A stretch of DNA of 59,974 bases from an uncultured Dehalococcoidales bacterium (GCA_964611805.1 CAZTBG010000002.1:3053-63026); one strand, 5' to 3'; numbered from the stretch's first letter, positions 45,256-54,659 are shown. Numbers and translations are program-made. The notes: a model not told the origin generated them from the sequence alone.

Positions 45256-46356
45256 ATGAAAGGTATAACATTACTAGTATTATTATCAGTGGTCCTGTTC
45301 ATAGGATCCTGCACTAATAAGACGGAGGAGACCATGGTGCAGGTATGGCGACCGTCACCGACGACCGGAGAACCGGCGACGCTGGTGGCGTTCGGGGTGT
45401 CCGTAGGCGATGGCAGCCAGGTGTTGACCGTATTGAACTACGAAGACTACACGCCCGGTAATCTGGAGGTAGTTCTGCCCGGATACGGTCGATTCAATGC
45501 CTCGGTACAGGCCATTGACCCCAGGACCAGCGCCACCCTGCTCAAACTCGAGGGAGCCAATTTGCCGGTGGCCACTATAGGTGATACCAGCGCAATAAAA
45601 CCGGGCCAGCGTGTGTTTATCCAGGGCTGGTCCGGTCCCGAGCACACTTTCAAGAAGATACCGGCGATAGTTTCAAGTGAGTGTACCATACCGCTCTGCT
45701 TCAATGTGTATATAACTTGGGAGGAACTGGAGAGTGGTGGATGGATTAGTGAGCAAGGGGCCTTAGTCACCGACAATAAAGGCAGAGTCCTTGGATTAGT
45801 AGGCACCTCCTACAGTAAGCTAATTCCGGTGCTTGGTTTTCCTGGTTGGGTACCACCTGTAGTCAGGATTGACGGTGCCCTTGAATTGCTTTCACCAGAT
45901 TTCGCTCAACAGCCGTGGGCCAATGGTCCGGTAATATCTACTATCACTGACAGGGACGGTGCGCGTGGTTATGCCTCTGGCGTATTATCATCATTATCCA
46001 GAGGTGTATTATCATCATTATCCAGTTATGAGAAGATGACTTTGGCTATCCAGGAGTTGTTGGGAACAATGGGTGAGCCGCTGGCAGATGATGACCTGCC
46101 GCAGAATTACCGCAGTCTTGCCTGGCCCATGCCAGGTTCTGCAGATGGTACCTTACTAACTGTAGTCTACGTGCGACCAATTGAGCTACGGAATACGGAC
46201 GGCGAGTTGCTAGCTCAGGCAAAGTGGGTAGGTATTCAATGGGGCATGAGTGAAGGAAAACCCAATCGCCTGTTTTATGGTCAGGAAACCTACACCGTTG
46301 ACGGTGGTTTTGTTTTACTTGGTGACGTAACCAGCCTGGAAAACTCATTACGCTGA
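45256..46356 (+). CDS. Lipoprotein with an HtrA/S1 trypsin-like fold in which all three catalytic-triad positions appear substituted
   Basis: Lipobox FIGSC; VQAIDPRTSATLLKLEGANLPVATIGDTSAIKPGQRVFIQGW is colinear with HtrA. LTVLNY replaces LTNxHV, SATLLK replaces DLAxLK, ISEQGALV replaces GNSGGPLV. Confidence 0.65.
   Translation: MKGITLLVLLSVVLFIGSCTNKTEETMVQVWRPSPTTGEPATLVAFGVSVGDGSQVLTVLNYEDYTPGNLEVVLPGYGRFNASVQAIDPRTSATLLKLEGANLPVATIGDTSAIKPGQRVFIQGWSGPEHTFKKIPAIVSSECTIPLCFNVYITWEELESGGWISEQGALVTDNKGRVLGLVGTSYSKLIPVLGFPGWVPPVVRIDGALELLSPDFAQQPWANGPVISTITDRDGARGYASGVLSSLSRGVLSSLSSYEKMTLAIQELLGTMGEPLADDDLPQNYRSLAWPMPGSADGTLLTVVYVRPIELRNTDGELLAQAKWVGIQWGMSEGKPNRLFYGQETYTVDGGFVLLGDVTSLENSLR
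45982..46029 (+). repeat. 24-bp tandem duplication inside the 45256 CDS
   Basis: GTATTATCATCATTATCCAG at 45982-46001 and 46006-46025, encoding GVLSSLSR GVLSSLSS. Confidence 0.85.
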
Positions 46357-46369
46357 CACACAAATAGAA

Positions 46370-46564
46370 ATGACAAGTTTCTACTATTTACCCTTTGGCA
46401 CTGTCAAGCGGCTTTGTCGGGAGCATAGGTTGTTAGCACACAAGGTCCACAATGGATGGCTTATCCATATCGATGAAATTCGGTCATTCGCCCAGAAATA
46501 TGAAGGGCATAGAGGAAGACCTTCGAATAGAATCACCAAGGAGAAGACACAACATCGGGTCTAA
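46370..46564 (+). CDS. Excisionase/MerR-like helix-turn-helix fragment protein
   Basis: VKRLCREHRLLAHKVHNGWLIHIDEIRSF resembles the recognition helix and wing of excisionase-family HTH proteins; the first helix seems missing. Confidence 0.45.
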   Translation: MTSFYYLPFGTVKRLCREHRLLAHKVHNGWLIHIDEIRSFAQKYEGHRGRPSNRITKEKTQHRV

Positions 46565-46585
46565 AGAGATCACTCTATGTGAATA

Positions 46586-46700
46586 GTGATGGGTACGTTA
46601 GAAGAGATAACAGAAGGCGTGACAATTGAAGGGGTTATTGCAGACAGCCCGGTGACTGTGGTGCACGTTAAGTGGTTTGGTGGTCATGCCATATCCCTAG
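46586..46700 (+). pseudogene. Possible N-terminal stub of a large helicase gene
   Basis: ITEGVTIEGVIADSPVTVVHVKWFGGHAISL resembles, from memory only, N-termini of SNF2/DEAD defence-island helicases; the frame then runs into the convergent usp gene. Confidence 0.25.
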
Positions 46701-46704
46701 ATGC

Positions 46705-47187
46705 TCATTTCCTTGTCGGACGAATGAGTAAAATTGGCACTCTAGATTCACGGGTTAACTTGTCCGCAACACTTCCCGCTATCGCCCTTTTTAATCTACC
46801 CTTACCATGGCTGGACATGACTACTAAATCAACACCTTCATTATGGCACAATGACATAATAGACTCAGTCGGATCACCTATCGTCACTTTGTAAGAGCAT
46901 TTCAGTCCTTTGCTTGTTGTCTCACGAAATTTACGTTGAAGGTAGCGTTTGGCCTTTGAGACATTCTCCCTGTCTGTTAAGCGTGTTGCTTCAGCAGCCA
47001 GATTCGCAGCAGTTGAACTTATGGTTCCTATTGGAGTAATAGGAGTAGCTACATATGGAGTGGCTGGTGTGACAGCTTGCATGAAGATAATATCTGCTTT
47101 GAAGTGTTTAGAAACCTCCACAGCATATTTCACCGCGGAACTACTAAAGCGTGAGCCGTCAAGAGGAACAAGAATTCGTTTAAACAT
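46705..47187 (-). CDS. Universal stress protein UspA family
   Basis: ILVPLDGS.., VMSSHGKGRLKRAIAGSVADKLTRES.. motifs. Confidence 0.9.
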   Translation of the reverse strand: MFKRILVPLDGSRFSSSAVKYAVEVSKHFKADIIFMQAVTPATPYVATPITPIGTISSTAANLAAEATRLTDRENVSKAKRYLQRKFRETTSKGLKCSYKVTIGDPTESIMSLCHNEGVDLVVMSSHGKGRLKRAIAGSVADKLTRESRVPILLIRPTRK

Positions 47188-47361
47188 AATGCTCGGCCTC
47201 CTCTTGTTGATATTATCGATTCGTGTGTGAACTTAGCTTTCCTAAGCTAGTTTGTTTTGTAGTCAAGAACTGTCGTTGATAAGTTCAAAATAAAGCATTC
47301 TTATATTTTGGTGGCATACTACACAACCAATATATATATAGAGCAGGTCACGGCATCGACA

Positions 47362-48879
47362 TTAGAGAGATATCCACTGTCCGACGGTTGCCACGGCATG
47401 GTCTGTCCCAAAGTGCCCGGTGAAGACCTTAAAATAATAGAGTTCTTCCTTGCTGCGGATTATGGGATATCTGTCCTCTGCTTCGGTTAATTCCTGGTCG
47501 GAGAACTGTTTTTCAAAGTGTGCTGGCAGGACACCGGCAGAGCCCGAGCCCTGGGAGAATTCCTGCTTGCCCCGCCATACGATGGATTCGGGCAGCAACT
47601 TCTCGTAGGCTTTGCGGAAAATCCATTTCTCCACCTTCCCGCTTCCTTCAGGCTTCTGCTTGTACTGGGGAGGTATTGCCATGGCGTACTGCAGCAGCTC
47701 TCCCGATATCAAGGGGGCAACCACGCGGACAGAGTTGCACATATTCATGCGATCCAGCCGCAGTGAAGCGTTGTTGTGCAGGAAACCGATGCATTCCATC
47801 TGCTTGGCAAACAGTTCATCGGTGGGGCAGTGTTCCAGGTACTTATAGCCGCAGAATATCTCGTCACCGCCCTCTCCGGATAGAAGTATCTGGATACCCT
47901 GGTGCCTGGCATATCGTGAGATAAGGTAGTTGGAAGCGGCGCTTCTGACCAGCGACGGGTCGAAACTCTCCAGGTAGTAGATTACCTCCGGAAGGACGTC
48001 CAATATCTGCTCAAGGTCGACAAGGAATTCGTGGTGCTCTGAATCTATCTGTTCGGCCATGATGCGGGCAGACAGGATGTCGCTACTCTCTCCGACGCCG
48101 AGGGCAAATGTCTTGAGTCTGGCTGCCTGGCCATACTTCTCTTTGTAAGCCTTGCTACCAAGATAATTGATGACACTGCTGTCCATGCCTCCACTGAGCA
48201 GCCCGCCGGTGGGCACTGAGAAATCAATTCGGTTTCGAAAGCTGCACTCAATGATTTCACGGATGTCGACCGTCATCTTCTTGACGTCGTAGTTCCATGG
48301 TTTAGGCGGGCTTTGTGGTAGCTCAACGAACCGGGTAAACTGTCCGCTCTGGTCCATGTAGTGCCCGTTGGGGAATTCGTAGACTTCGTCGGTTACAGCT
48401 AATATTGCCTTAAGTTCCGAGGCAAGGTACAGGGTATCATCTTTACGGCCATAGAACAGGGTCTTTATGCCAAGCAGGTCACGAGCGGCAAATAGGTCTT
48501 TTCCATCGTAGATAACAAAGGCAAAGATGGCATCGCTCAGATGGCGGAGCATTTCCCGACCGTGTTTTTCATAAAGGGCCAGCAGTAATCGCTCCTCTTT
48601 ATAAGCTCCATCTGGTATGCCATAGCGGCGGGCCAGTTCGGGCCAGTTGCCAATTTGGCCATCGTAACAGATTGCGAGGTCGGGATTACTACTGCTCCGG
48701 ACGGGGACATTGCTACCATCAGCAGTGGTACCGTCCGCCTCGAGGTAATTCTGGGCCATGATAATGCGGCCGTTTTCGTATGCCCCTGAGACATACGGAC
48801 CTCGGTGGGCAATCTTTTGCATGATAGAATCTATTTCATTCAGGTTTGAATCGCCAAAGGCAACAGCTAGTCCGCTCAT
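47362..48879 (-). CDS. Asparagine synthetase B family protein with degenerate glutaminase site
   Basis: PP-loop SGGMDSS present. N-terminus is MSGLAV (Ser where Ntn amidotransferases have Cys) and DGQIGN replaces NGEIYN; AAGGAGGG RBS confirms the start. Confidence 0.85.
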   Translation of the reverse strand: MSGLAVAFGDSNLNEIDSIMQKIAHRGPYVSGAYENGRIIMAQNYLEADGTTADGSNVPVRSSSNPDLAICYDGQIGNWPELARRYGIPDGAYKEERLLLALYEKHGREMLRHLSDAIFAFVIYDGKDLFAARDLLGIKTLFYGRKDDTLYLASELKAILAVTDEVYEFPNGHYMDQSGQFTRFVELPQSPPKPWNYDVKKMTVDIREIIECSFRNRIDFSVPTGGLLSGGMDSSVINYLGSKAYKEKYGQAARLKTFALGVGESSDILSARIMAEQIDSEHHEFLVDLEQILDVLPEVIYYLESFDPSLVRSAASNYLISRYARHQGIQILLSGEGGDEIFCGYKYLEHCPTDELFAKQMECIGFLHNNASLRLDRMNMCNSVRVVAPLISGELLQYAMAIPPQYKQKPEGSGKVEKWIFRKAYEKLLPESIVWRGKQEFSQGSGSAGVLPAHFEKQFSDQELTEAEDRYPIIRSKEELYYFKVFTGHFGTDHAVATVGQWISL

Positions 48880-48917
48880 CTAGTGGAGCCCTCCTTGAGT
48901 GTAGGTTAGTGCAGAAC

Positions 48918-50147
48918 CTATTTAACAATCTCGAAGATGGCCACCAGCCCGTGCCCGCAGCCGAGTCCCTTTTGTAGCCCTATCTCAAGCTCTCTGAGAC
49001 AGTAGCCAAACTGCGGCTCGATCAGGCTGCTCCTTGGGTTGCCAATTTTGATTCTGCCAGCACTTCTAATTGTTTTCTTCATGGCGCTGAGGGCCCTGGT
49101 GACAACACCGGGCATCCTTGCCGGGGCTCCCGGGGTAGCCCTTTTCTCCAGTAGTGCCTTGGTGCAGGCTATAAGGTAGTTCCACCACGTGGTGAGTTCA
49201 CGGTGGTAGGCGTTTACTTCATCAAAGCCTTCCATAGGAACATAGTTTATTGCTAATTCGCCCAGGTTGGTGGACACGTTGGGTTCGAAGAGCGAGTTTA
49301 CCAACCCGCGCAGTGGTTGGGCATGTGGATTATATTGGGCCGTGTCCATGTGCCGACCGACAAACGAAGAGCGGTCGGCCAGCTTGCGTAAAGTGAGAGC
49401 ACCCCCTGCTTTCTTTTTCGCCTGATGGTAGATATACTGCACCTCTGCCCGCCCGACTATTCTTAAAGGAAAGGCGGTCAGGTCTTGTGTCTCCCTCTCG
49501 TCTTCAGCATAGATGTAAGAGATGACATAGTTCATCCACTGGTTGTTCTTCATGTCGCTGGTCCACAGTGTCTGCCACTCGTATGAGTAGCGTCCCAACC
49601 AGTCGATAGCGATGATGGAACCGTTATCGGAGTGTCTGGCAAGTTTACTCAGAATTTCTATCGTTTGTTCGTCTGTGTTGTGGGAAAAGGTGCCGTAGTT
49701 GGCAAGGTATACATCATAGGATGGTCCTTCAGTAAACGGGTACTCATTAAAGTCCGAGACAACGAATTCCATGCTATCCCGGTTCCCGTATACTTCTTGT
49801 GCTTGCCTTACTAGCCCCTCATTGATGTCAATCCCTGTATAGCGCTCCAAGATGGACGGCAGGATGAGTCGACTGGCATGCTGGGATATCGGGGCCTGGC
49901 TTTTATTGATGCTTGTTATAAACTCAAATCCGTCACCACTGCCGCAACCGATATCCATGATGCGTAGCTTTTTCTGGCGGCTCTGTTTCCGGGTTACCAC
50001 CCGTTCCAGGTAAGGGCGTAAGTAAAGGCCGAGTTGCTCGTCCTCCCAGAAACGGCGAACGTTGTCGTATTTCCCCATGAGGCCGCCGGGCTTCTCATAC
50101 TGGCCACTACTCAGTGCCTCATTATATGCGTCTATTTCCTGAGCCAT
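48918..50147 (-). CDS. Class I SAM-dependent methyltransferase (409 aa) with large C-terminal extension
   Basis: Motif I IMDIGCGSGDG; its ATG overlaps the TAA of the corrinoid-protein gene (TAATG at 50145-50149). Confidence 0.8.
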   Translation of the reverse strand: MAQEIDAYNEALSSGQYEKPGGLMGKYDNVRRFWEDEQLGLYLRPYLERVVTRKQSRQKKLRIMDIGCGSGDGFEFITSINKSQAPISQHASRLILPSILERYTGIDINEGLVRQAQEVYGNRDSMEFVVSDFNEYPFTEGPSYDVYLANYGTFSHNTDEQTIEILSKLARHSDNGSIIAIDWLGRYSYEWQTLWTSDMKNNQWMNYVISYIYAEDERETQDLTAFPLRIVGRAEVQYIYHQAKKKAGGALTLRKLADRSSFVGRHMDTAQYNPHAQPLRGLVNSLFEPNVSTNLGELAINYVPMEGFDEVNAYHRELTTWWNYLIACTKALLEKRATPGAPARMPGVVTRALSAMKKTIRSAGRIKIGNPRSSLIEPQFGYCLRELEIGLQKGLGCGHGLVAIFEIVK

Positions 50148-50845
50148 TAGCTATTCCCACCCCCGCTCGAGGCCAGAGATTCAACGATGGCTACTGCCTG
50201 AAATCCGTCGGCACCGTAGCCGTCAGCACCAATGCTCTGGGCAAACTCTTCCGAGACCGGAGCCCCGCCGATGATTACTTTCACCTTGTCTCTCAGTCCA
50301 CTGTCCTTGAGGGCCTGTATCGTCTCGCCCATATTTACCATGGTACTGGTAAGTAGCGCTGAGAGGCCCACGAACTGTGGATTTTCTTTTTTCACCGCCT
50401 CCACAATAGCCTGAGGCTCAACATCGTTCCCGAGGTCCTTTACTATGTAACCGGAACCCCGAAGTAGTATCGACACGATATTCTTGCCAATATCGTGTAG
50501 GTCACCTTTGACGGTGGCCACAACAATTTTGGCTTTGGCTTCGATACCGCTCTTGCTCAGGTGTGGCTCTAATATTTCCATGGCGCTGCCCACTGCCTCT
50601 GCCGAAGCGAGCATATCGGGAATAAAGTACTCTTTGGCCTCGAATTTCTCACCGACCACGCTCATGCCCTCGGTAAGGCCCTTGTTGATAATATCCGCCA
50701 CGTTGACATTCTCGGCAAGGGCGCGTTCCACCAGCTCGGTAACTCCCGGTTTACCTACCCATCCTTCGTCCATGCCTTCGTCATCCGCCGTTACCCTTCC
50801 TTGGATAACGTTTTCCTTGATTAGTTGGATAATATCTTCACTCAT
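50147..50845 (-). CDS. Corrinoid (B12-binding) methyl-carrier protein
   Basis: DxHxxG motif GDLHDIGKNIV. Start at 50845 (MSEDIIQLIK) avoids the overlap with the upstream MttB gene implied by the ORF-track start at 50947. Confidence 0.85.
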   Translation of the reverse strand: MSEDIIQLIKENVIQGRVTADDEGMDEGWVGKPGVTELVERALAENVNVADIINKGLTEGMSVVGEKFEAKEYFIPDMLASAEAVGSAMEILEPHLSKSGIEAKAKIVVATVKGDLHDIGKNIVSILLRGSGYIVKDLGNDVEPQAIVEAVKKENPQFVGLSALLTSTMVNMGETIQALKDSGLRDKVKVIIGGAPVSEEFAQSIGADGYGADGFQAVAIVESLASSGGGNS

Positions 50846-50871
50846 TTCGCTTTTCCTCTCTGGTTGGTTCC

Positions 50872-52389
50872 TTAGCCACGCAGCCTGGGCAAGAGGCCAG
50901 GCACTTGCTGATATATGATGTCCACCGTTGCTTTGTCTATGTGGCATGGTGGCAACGATAGTATTTCGTCCATCCGTTCCCTGGCACGAAGTAGAGTCTC
51001 GTCTGTCATACCCTTACTTTCGAAGGGATACGGGGGGGCTATCTCGCCGGAGCGCAGGGCCTTACGGACAAAGCGCATGTAAAGCTTGTGTGACGTACCC
51101 ATGACTCTTCTTACTTGCTCCAGGCATTCCGTGATTGAATCGTCTGTAAAATCTGCCTTCTGAACAAATCTCTTGACCATTTCTATGTGTGTATTGTCGA
51201 GTATGGCTTGCACTGGGCAAAAGGTATTGGTCCGTTCTAGCAGACCAAAGGCATAGTGGATGTATTGTGCTCCTGACAGCGCCACCAGGATATGTGAGAA
51301 TAGCCTCTCTACTAGGGCCTGTACGCCGGGCACCTCCACATCAGAAACACCGGCGGTAGAATAGCATGGCAGGCCATAGTAACGGGCCATTTGAACACAA
51401 TCTATGTTGTACTGACTGAACTCGGGGACTCCGTAGGAGTCATTAAGGTCATCTAGGCGGGTTCTAACAGGCACGCTACCATATAGCACCGGTGCCCCTT
51501 TGCTTACCAGCTGGGCCAGAGCTATTCCCACCAGAATTTCGGCGTTTATCTGGGATACCATACCCTCTTCCGTAATCGGAGCAGTCGAGCCACCCTGCGG
51601 GGAACTCGAAATTACCAGCGGAATCTTTCTCCTGGCTATTTCTATGGCTTTCTGAGAAGTATCGTCCACAAGCTGAAGAGGACTCTTAATTGTACAGGTG
51701 ATAAAAGAAATAATGGGATTTTCGCTTAGCTTTTCCTGCCCCCCGGCAATAATCTCTGCCATCTTGAGGACGTTTTCGAGCTGACTGAGCTCGGTAAGAC
51801 CGGACATCACATGTTTGGTAGTGTTGTTCAGGGAGGCAAAGAACTTGTTGACATCCTTGTTGGTGTCGTTAATATCGTCATCCTGAATATTTACTGTGCG
51901 TAGGAAGCTGTCCCATGAGTCGAGGTGCTCACAGAGATGTGCTGCCTGTGCCAGTCTGGCCACGGTACCTTTCTGGATGGTGAACGTAGGAAAAAGCATT
52001 TCCTTACTGGAATCTCGTTTGCTGATAAAAGGCTCTATATCCAGGTCGAGCCAGTTATTGGCCTCGGAGCCAGAAGCAAAGTGTATCCTGGGCTCACTCC
52101 CGTCAAGGACGAGGCAGTTTTCTTCGTCGCGGGCTCCCAGTTTCACTACCTTCGGTGTTGCTGATACCGCTCCTGATACTATTTTTTCGGGTATCCTGAC
52201 TAGCCAGCTGTCTTCCTGAGCGCCTGGCTCAACCTCAGCGCCGTTATCGCCAAAGACCTGAGCCGCATCTCTGTTAAAACAGATAATACCCGGGTCAAGC
52301 AGGATGCTCAGCGAAGCCTGATGTATCTTCTCTATCTGCTCTTCAGTCAGGCGTCGGTATGGTTCTACAAGCACGCCATTTCTAGCCAT
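50872..52389 (-). CDS. MttB-superfamily methyltransferase, non-pyrrolysine
   Basis: 505-aa uninterrupted ORF with MttB-family N-terminus (LTEEQIEKIHQASLSILLDPGI); corrinoid operon context. Confidence 0.85.
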   Translation of the reverse strand: MARNGVLVEPYRRLTEEQIEKIHQASLSILLDPGIICFNRDAAQVFGDNGAEVEPGAQEDSWLVRIPEKIVSGAVSATPKVVKLGARDEENCLVLDGSEPRIHFASGSEANNWLDLDIEPFISKRDSSKEMLFPTFTIQKGTVARLAQAAHLCEHLDSWDSFLRTVNIQDDDINDTNKDVNKFFASLNNTTKHVMSGLTELSQLENVLKMAEIIAGGQEKLSENPIISFITCTIKSPLQLVDDTSQKAIEIARRKIPLVISSSPQGGSTAPITEEGMVSQINAEILVGIALAQLVSKGAPVLYGSVPVRTRLDDLNDSYGVPEFSQYNIDCVQMARYYGLPCYSTAGVSDVEVPGVQALVERLFSHILVALSGAQYIHYAFGLLERTNTFCPVQAILDNTHIEMVKRFVQKADFTDDSITECLEQVRRVMGTSHKLYMRFVRKALRSGEIAPPYPFESKGMTDETLLRARERMDEILSLPPCHIDKATVDIIYQQVPGLLPRLRG

Positions 52390-52398
52390 AATTCTCTC

Positions 52399-53208
52399 CT
52401 AAGTTATCAGAGTACCTTGCCGGTAGGCCCTGATGTACCGCCGGCATTGCGGGTCCTTTTCAGTGAGAATGTCGGCAGCTTTAATAAGGCTCATTGCTCT
52501 GGTATCGAGCGGGTCGAGGATAACAGCATCCAGCCCGGCATAGGCTGCCATTAGCAAAAATGCCCGGTTTACCAGCTTTCTGCCGGGTAATCCATAGGAA
52601 ATATTGCTCAGGCCCATCACCGTTTTTGCTTTTGGATACTGTGACTTAATCCGCTCAATGGTCTTCAGTGTTGTTAATGCCTGTCCGGAATCAACACCTA
52701 CGGGAAGCACCAGCGGGTCGAAATAGACCTGCTCTTCATTGATGCCGAACCGCGCCAGGTGTGTCATTATTACCTCGCAGGCAGCCAGTCTCGCTTCCAC
52801 GCCGCGGGGTATTCCTTCGGCACTCATCGCCAGTGCCACCAGCCGTACCTGATGCCCGATTTTAAGGTGGCCTATTGCCTCCAGCTTTTCTGGTTCGGCA
52901 TTGACGGAGTTAATTACCAGTTCTTCCTTGCCATACTTTTGCATGCCTGCTTCTATGACTTCAGGGATATCACTGTCAATTGCCAGTGGCTTGTCGGTGG
53001 CTGCTTGGACAGTTTCTACCGCCCATTCCATGGTTGCCATTTGTTCCTGTCTAGTCTGTTTGGCCGTGCCAACATTCACGTCAATGAAGTCAGCACCGGC
53101 GTCAGCCTGGGCCTTTGCCAATCCCGTGATGTACCCTTCGTTCCTGCCTATGATAGCTTCAGCAACGGGCTTGCTGGAAGCGTTAATTTTTTCTCCGATT
53201 ACCAGCAT
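52399..53208 (-). CDS. Methyltetrahydrofolate:corrinoid methyltransferase (pterin-binding domain)
   Basis: MLVIGEKINASS.., ADFIDVNVG, LAIDS, GLSNISYGLP pterin-binding barrel motifs. Confidence 0.8.
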   Translation of the reverse strand: MLVIGEKINASSKPVAEAIIGRNEGYITGLAKAQADAGADFIDVNVGTAKQTRQEQMATMEWAVETVQAATDKPLAIDSDIPEVIEAGMQKYGKEELVINSVNAEPEKLEAIGHLKIGHQVRLVALAMSAEGIPRGVEARLAACEVIMTHLARFGINEEQVYFDPLVLPVGVDSGQALTTLKTIERIKSQYPKAKTVMGLSNISYGLPGRKLVNRAFLLMAAYAGLDAVILDPLDTRAMSLIKAADILTEKDPQCRRYIRAYRQGTLIT

Positions 53209-53213
53209 ATATT

Positions 53214-54659
53214 TCAGTCCACTATGCCTTTTATTTCCGTGAGTATCTGCTGCCTGACTGTCTCTGGAAGGTGGTGGTTACTCTCAGCTATAAGCTGCCG
53301 TGCAATTTCTCCTGCTCTCTGCCAGGTAATCTTACTTCCCTTACTTTCCCAGTCTGCCCGGCTGTCTCTATCACTCAGGGTAGGCAGATAGTGCTCAGTG
53401 CGCATGAAACGCCTGGTGTGCTTGGCGGTGGCAAAATTACCCCCTGGCCCCACCTCTTTGATGAGGTCGAATGCCAGCGTCTCGTCATCTACCCTGATAC
53501 CTTCGACTGCCCTCATCACCATACCCAGTATCTCATTATCGATAACGAGCTTCTCGTAACATACTGTCATAGCGAACTCCATGAGCCCGGCGGCATCATG
53601 GATGAAGTTGGACCCTGCCAGTGCACAGAGCAAACCGGTCAGGGCTGATTCGTAACCGCTCTGGGCATCCAGTACCTTGGAGTCTGTCATACCGCCGGTG
53701 GCATAGAATGGGAGCTTATAGAATTGCGCCATCTGGGCCCCGGCGGCATTAATCAAGCCCATCTCAATCGAACCGGCCAGATAGCCAAGGTTAGATAAGT
53801 CCGTGCTGGTGGCCACTGAGCCGAAGATAACCGGTGTCCCCGGGTTTACTATCTGAGCGAGCATAACACCCATCAGTGAGTCGACTGTCTGTATTACCAG
53901 ATTCCCGCCCAGCGTAACCGGTGAAGTGGCCCCACATAGAGGCTCGGCAGGACACACCAGCGGGATACCGCTCTCGGCAATAATAACCACCAGGTCTCCG
54001 TAGTGAGCGTCCAGCTTCATGGGGCTCATGCTACAGGCTATCATGGAGATAATTGGTCGTTCTCTGAGAGCTACCGCGGAGCCAGCCACAATCTCGGCCA
54101 TGCGTATCACCTGTTTCACCCCCTCGGCCGTGTAGACGCCACCCATGATGTGTTTGGTGCTGTTGTCCAGCCCGGCAAAGAAGCGGTTTACATCCACCTG
54201 CTCCACAGGCAGTTCGTTGGGATAGGTGGAAAGCATCAATAGATGGATATTATCTAGGCGGTCAACCAGTTTGGCGATTTGCCTCACGTCTTCTAGGATG
54301 GCGAGACGTCTTTGGTCGGTATCTGGTTCATAGATGTTGAGGGCGGTTCCACCGGTGCCGGCATATACGCGACTCCCTCCGAGGAGAATGTCATGCTTGT
54401 CTTCCTGCCCACAAAGCCGGACCTCGGAGGGGGCCATATTTATCAGTTCTATTGCTTTCTCACGAGGTAGATGTACCAGCCGCCTTTCCCTGTCCACCTG
54501 GCCTCCGGCTTTCTGAAAAAGCCCCAAGGCTGTCTCTGAGTTTACCTGAAAGCCTACTTCCTCAATCAACCGCATGGCGGTTTCATGGACTTTTTTTACT
54601 GACTCTTCGGAAAGCGGTTTGTAGCTACCTCCAATAACGCCTTTACGAATATGTTTCAT
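53214..54659 (-). CDS. MttB-superfamily methyltransferase, non-pyrrolysine
   Basis: 481-aa uninterrupted ORF; LSEESVKKVHETAMRLIEEVGF N-terminus; paralogue of 50872..52389. Confidence 0.85.
   Translation of the reverse strand: MKHIRKGVIGGSYKPLSEESVKKVHETAMRLIEEVGFQVNSETALGLFQKAGGQVDRERRLVHLPREKAIELINMAPSEVRLCGQEDKHDILLGGSRVYAGTGGTALNIYEPDTDQRRLAILEDVRQIAKLVDRLDNIHLLMLSTYPNELPVEQVDVNRFFAGLDNSTKHIMGGVYTAEGVKQVIRMAEIVAGSAVALRERPIISMIACSMSPMKLDAHYGDLVVIIAESGIPLVCPAEPLCGATSPVTLGGNLVIQTVDSLMGVMLAQIVNPGTPVIFGSVATSTDLSNLGYLAGSIEMGLINAAGAQMAQFYKLPFYATGGMTDSKVLDAQSGYESALTGLLCALAGSNFIHDAAGLMEFAMTVCYEKLVIDNEILGMVMRAVEGIRVDDETLAFDLIKEVGPGGNFATAKHTRRFMRTEHYLPTLSDRDSRADWESKGSKITWQRAGEIARQLIAESNHHLPETVRQQILTEIKGIVD

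Noticed and set aside
46586-46894. 102-aa ORF as an intact gene
   Set aside because: Only the first roughly 35 residues look protein-like. The rest is antisense to the well-supported usp gene, so it is treated as a stub.
50872-54659. Pyrrolysine (in-frame TAG) in the MttB homologues
   Set aside because: Both ORFs are continuous from start to stop with no internal TAG, and no pyl genes are visible in the window.
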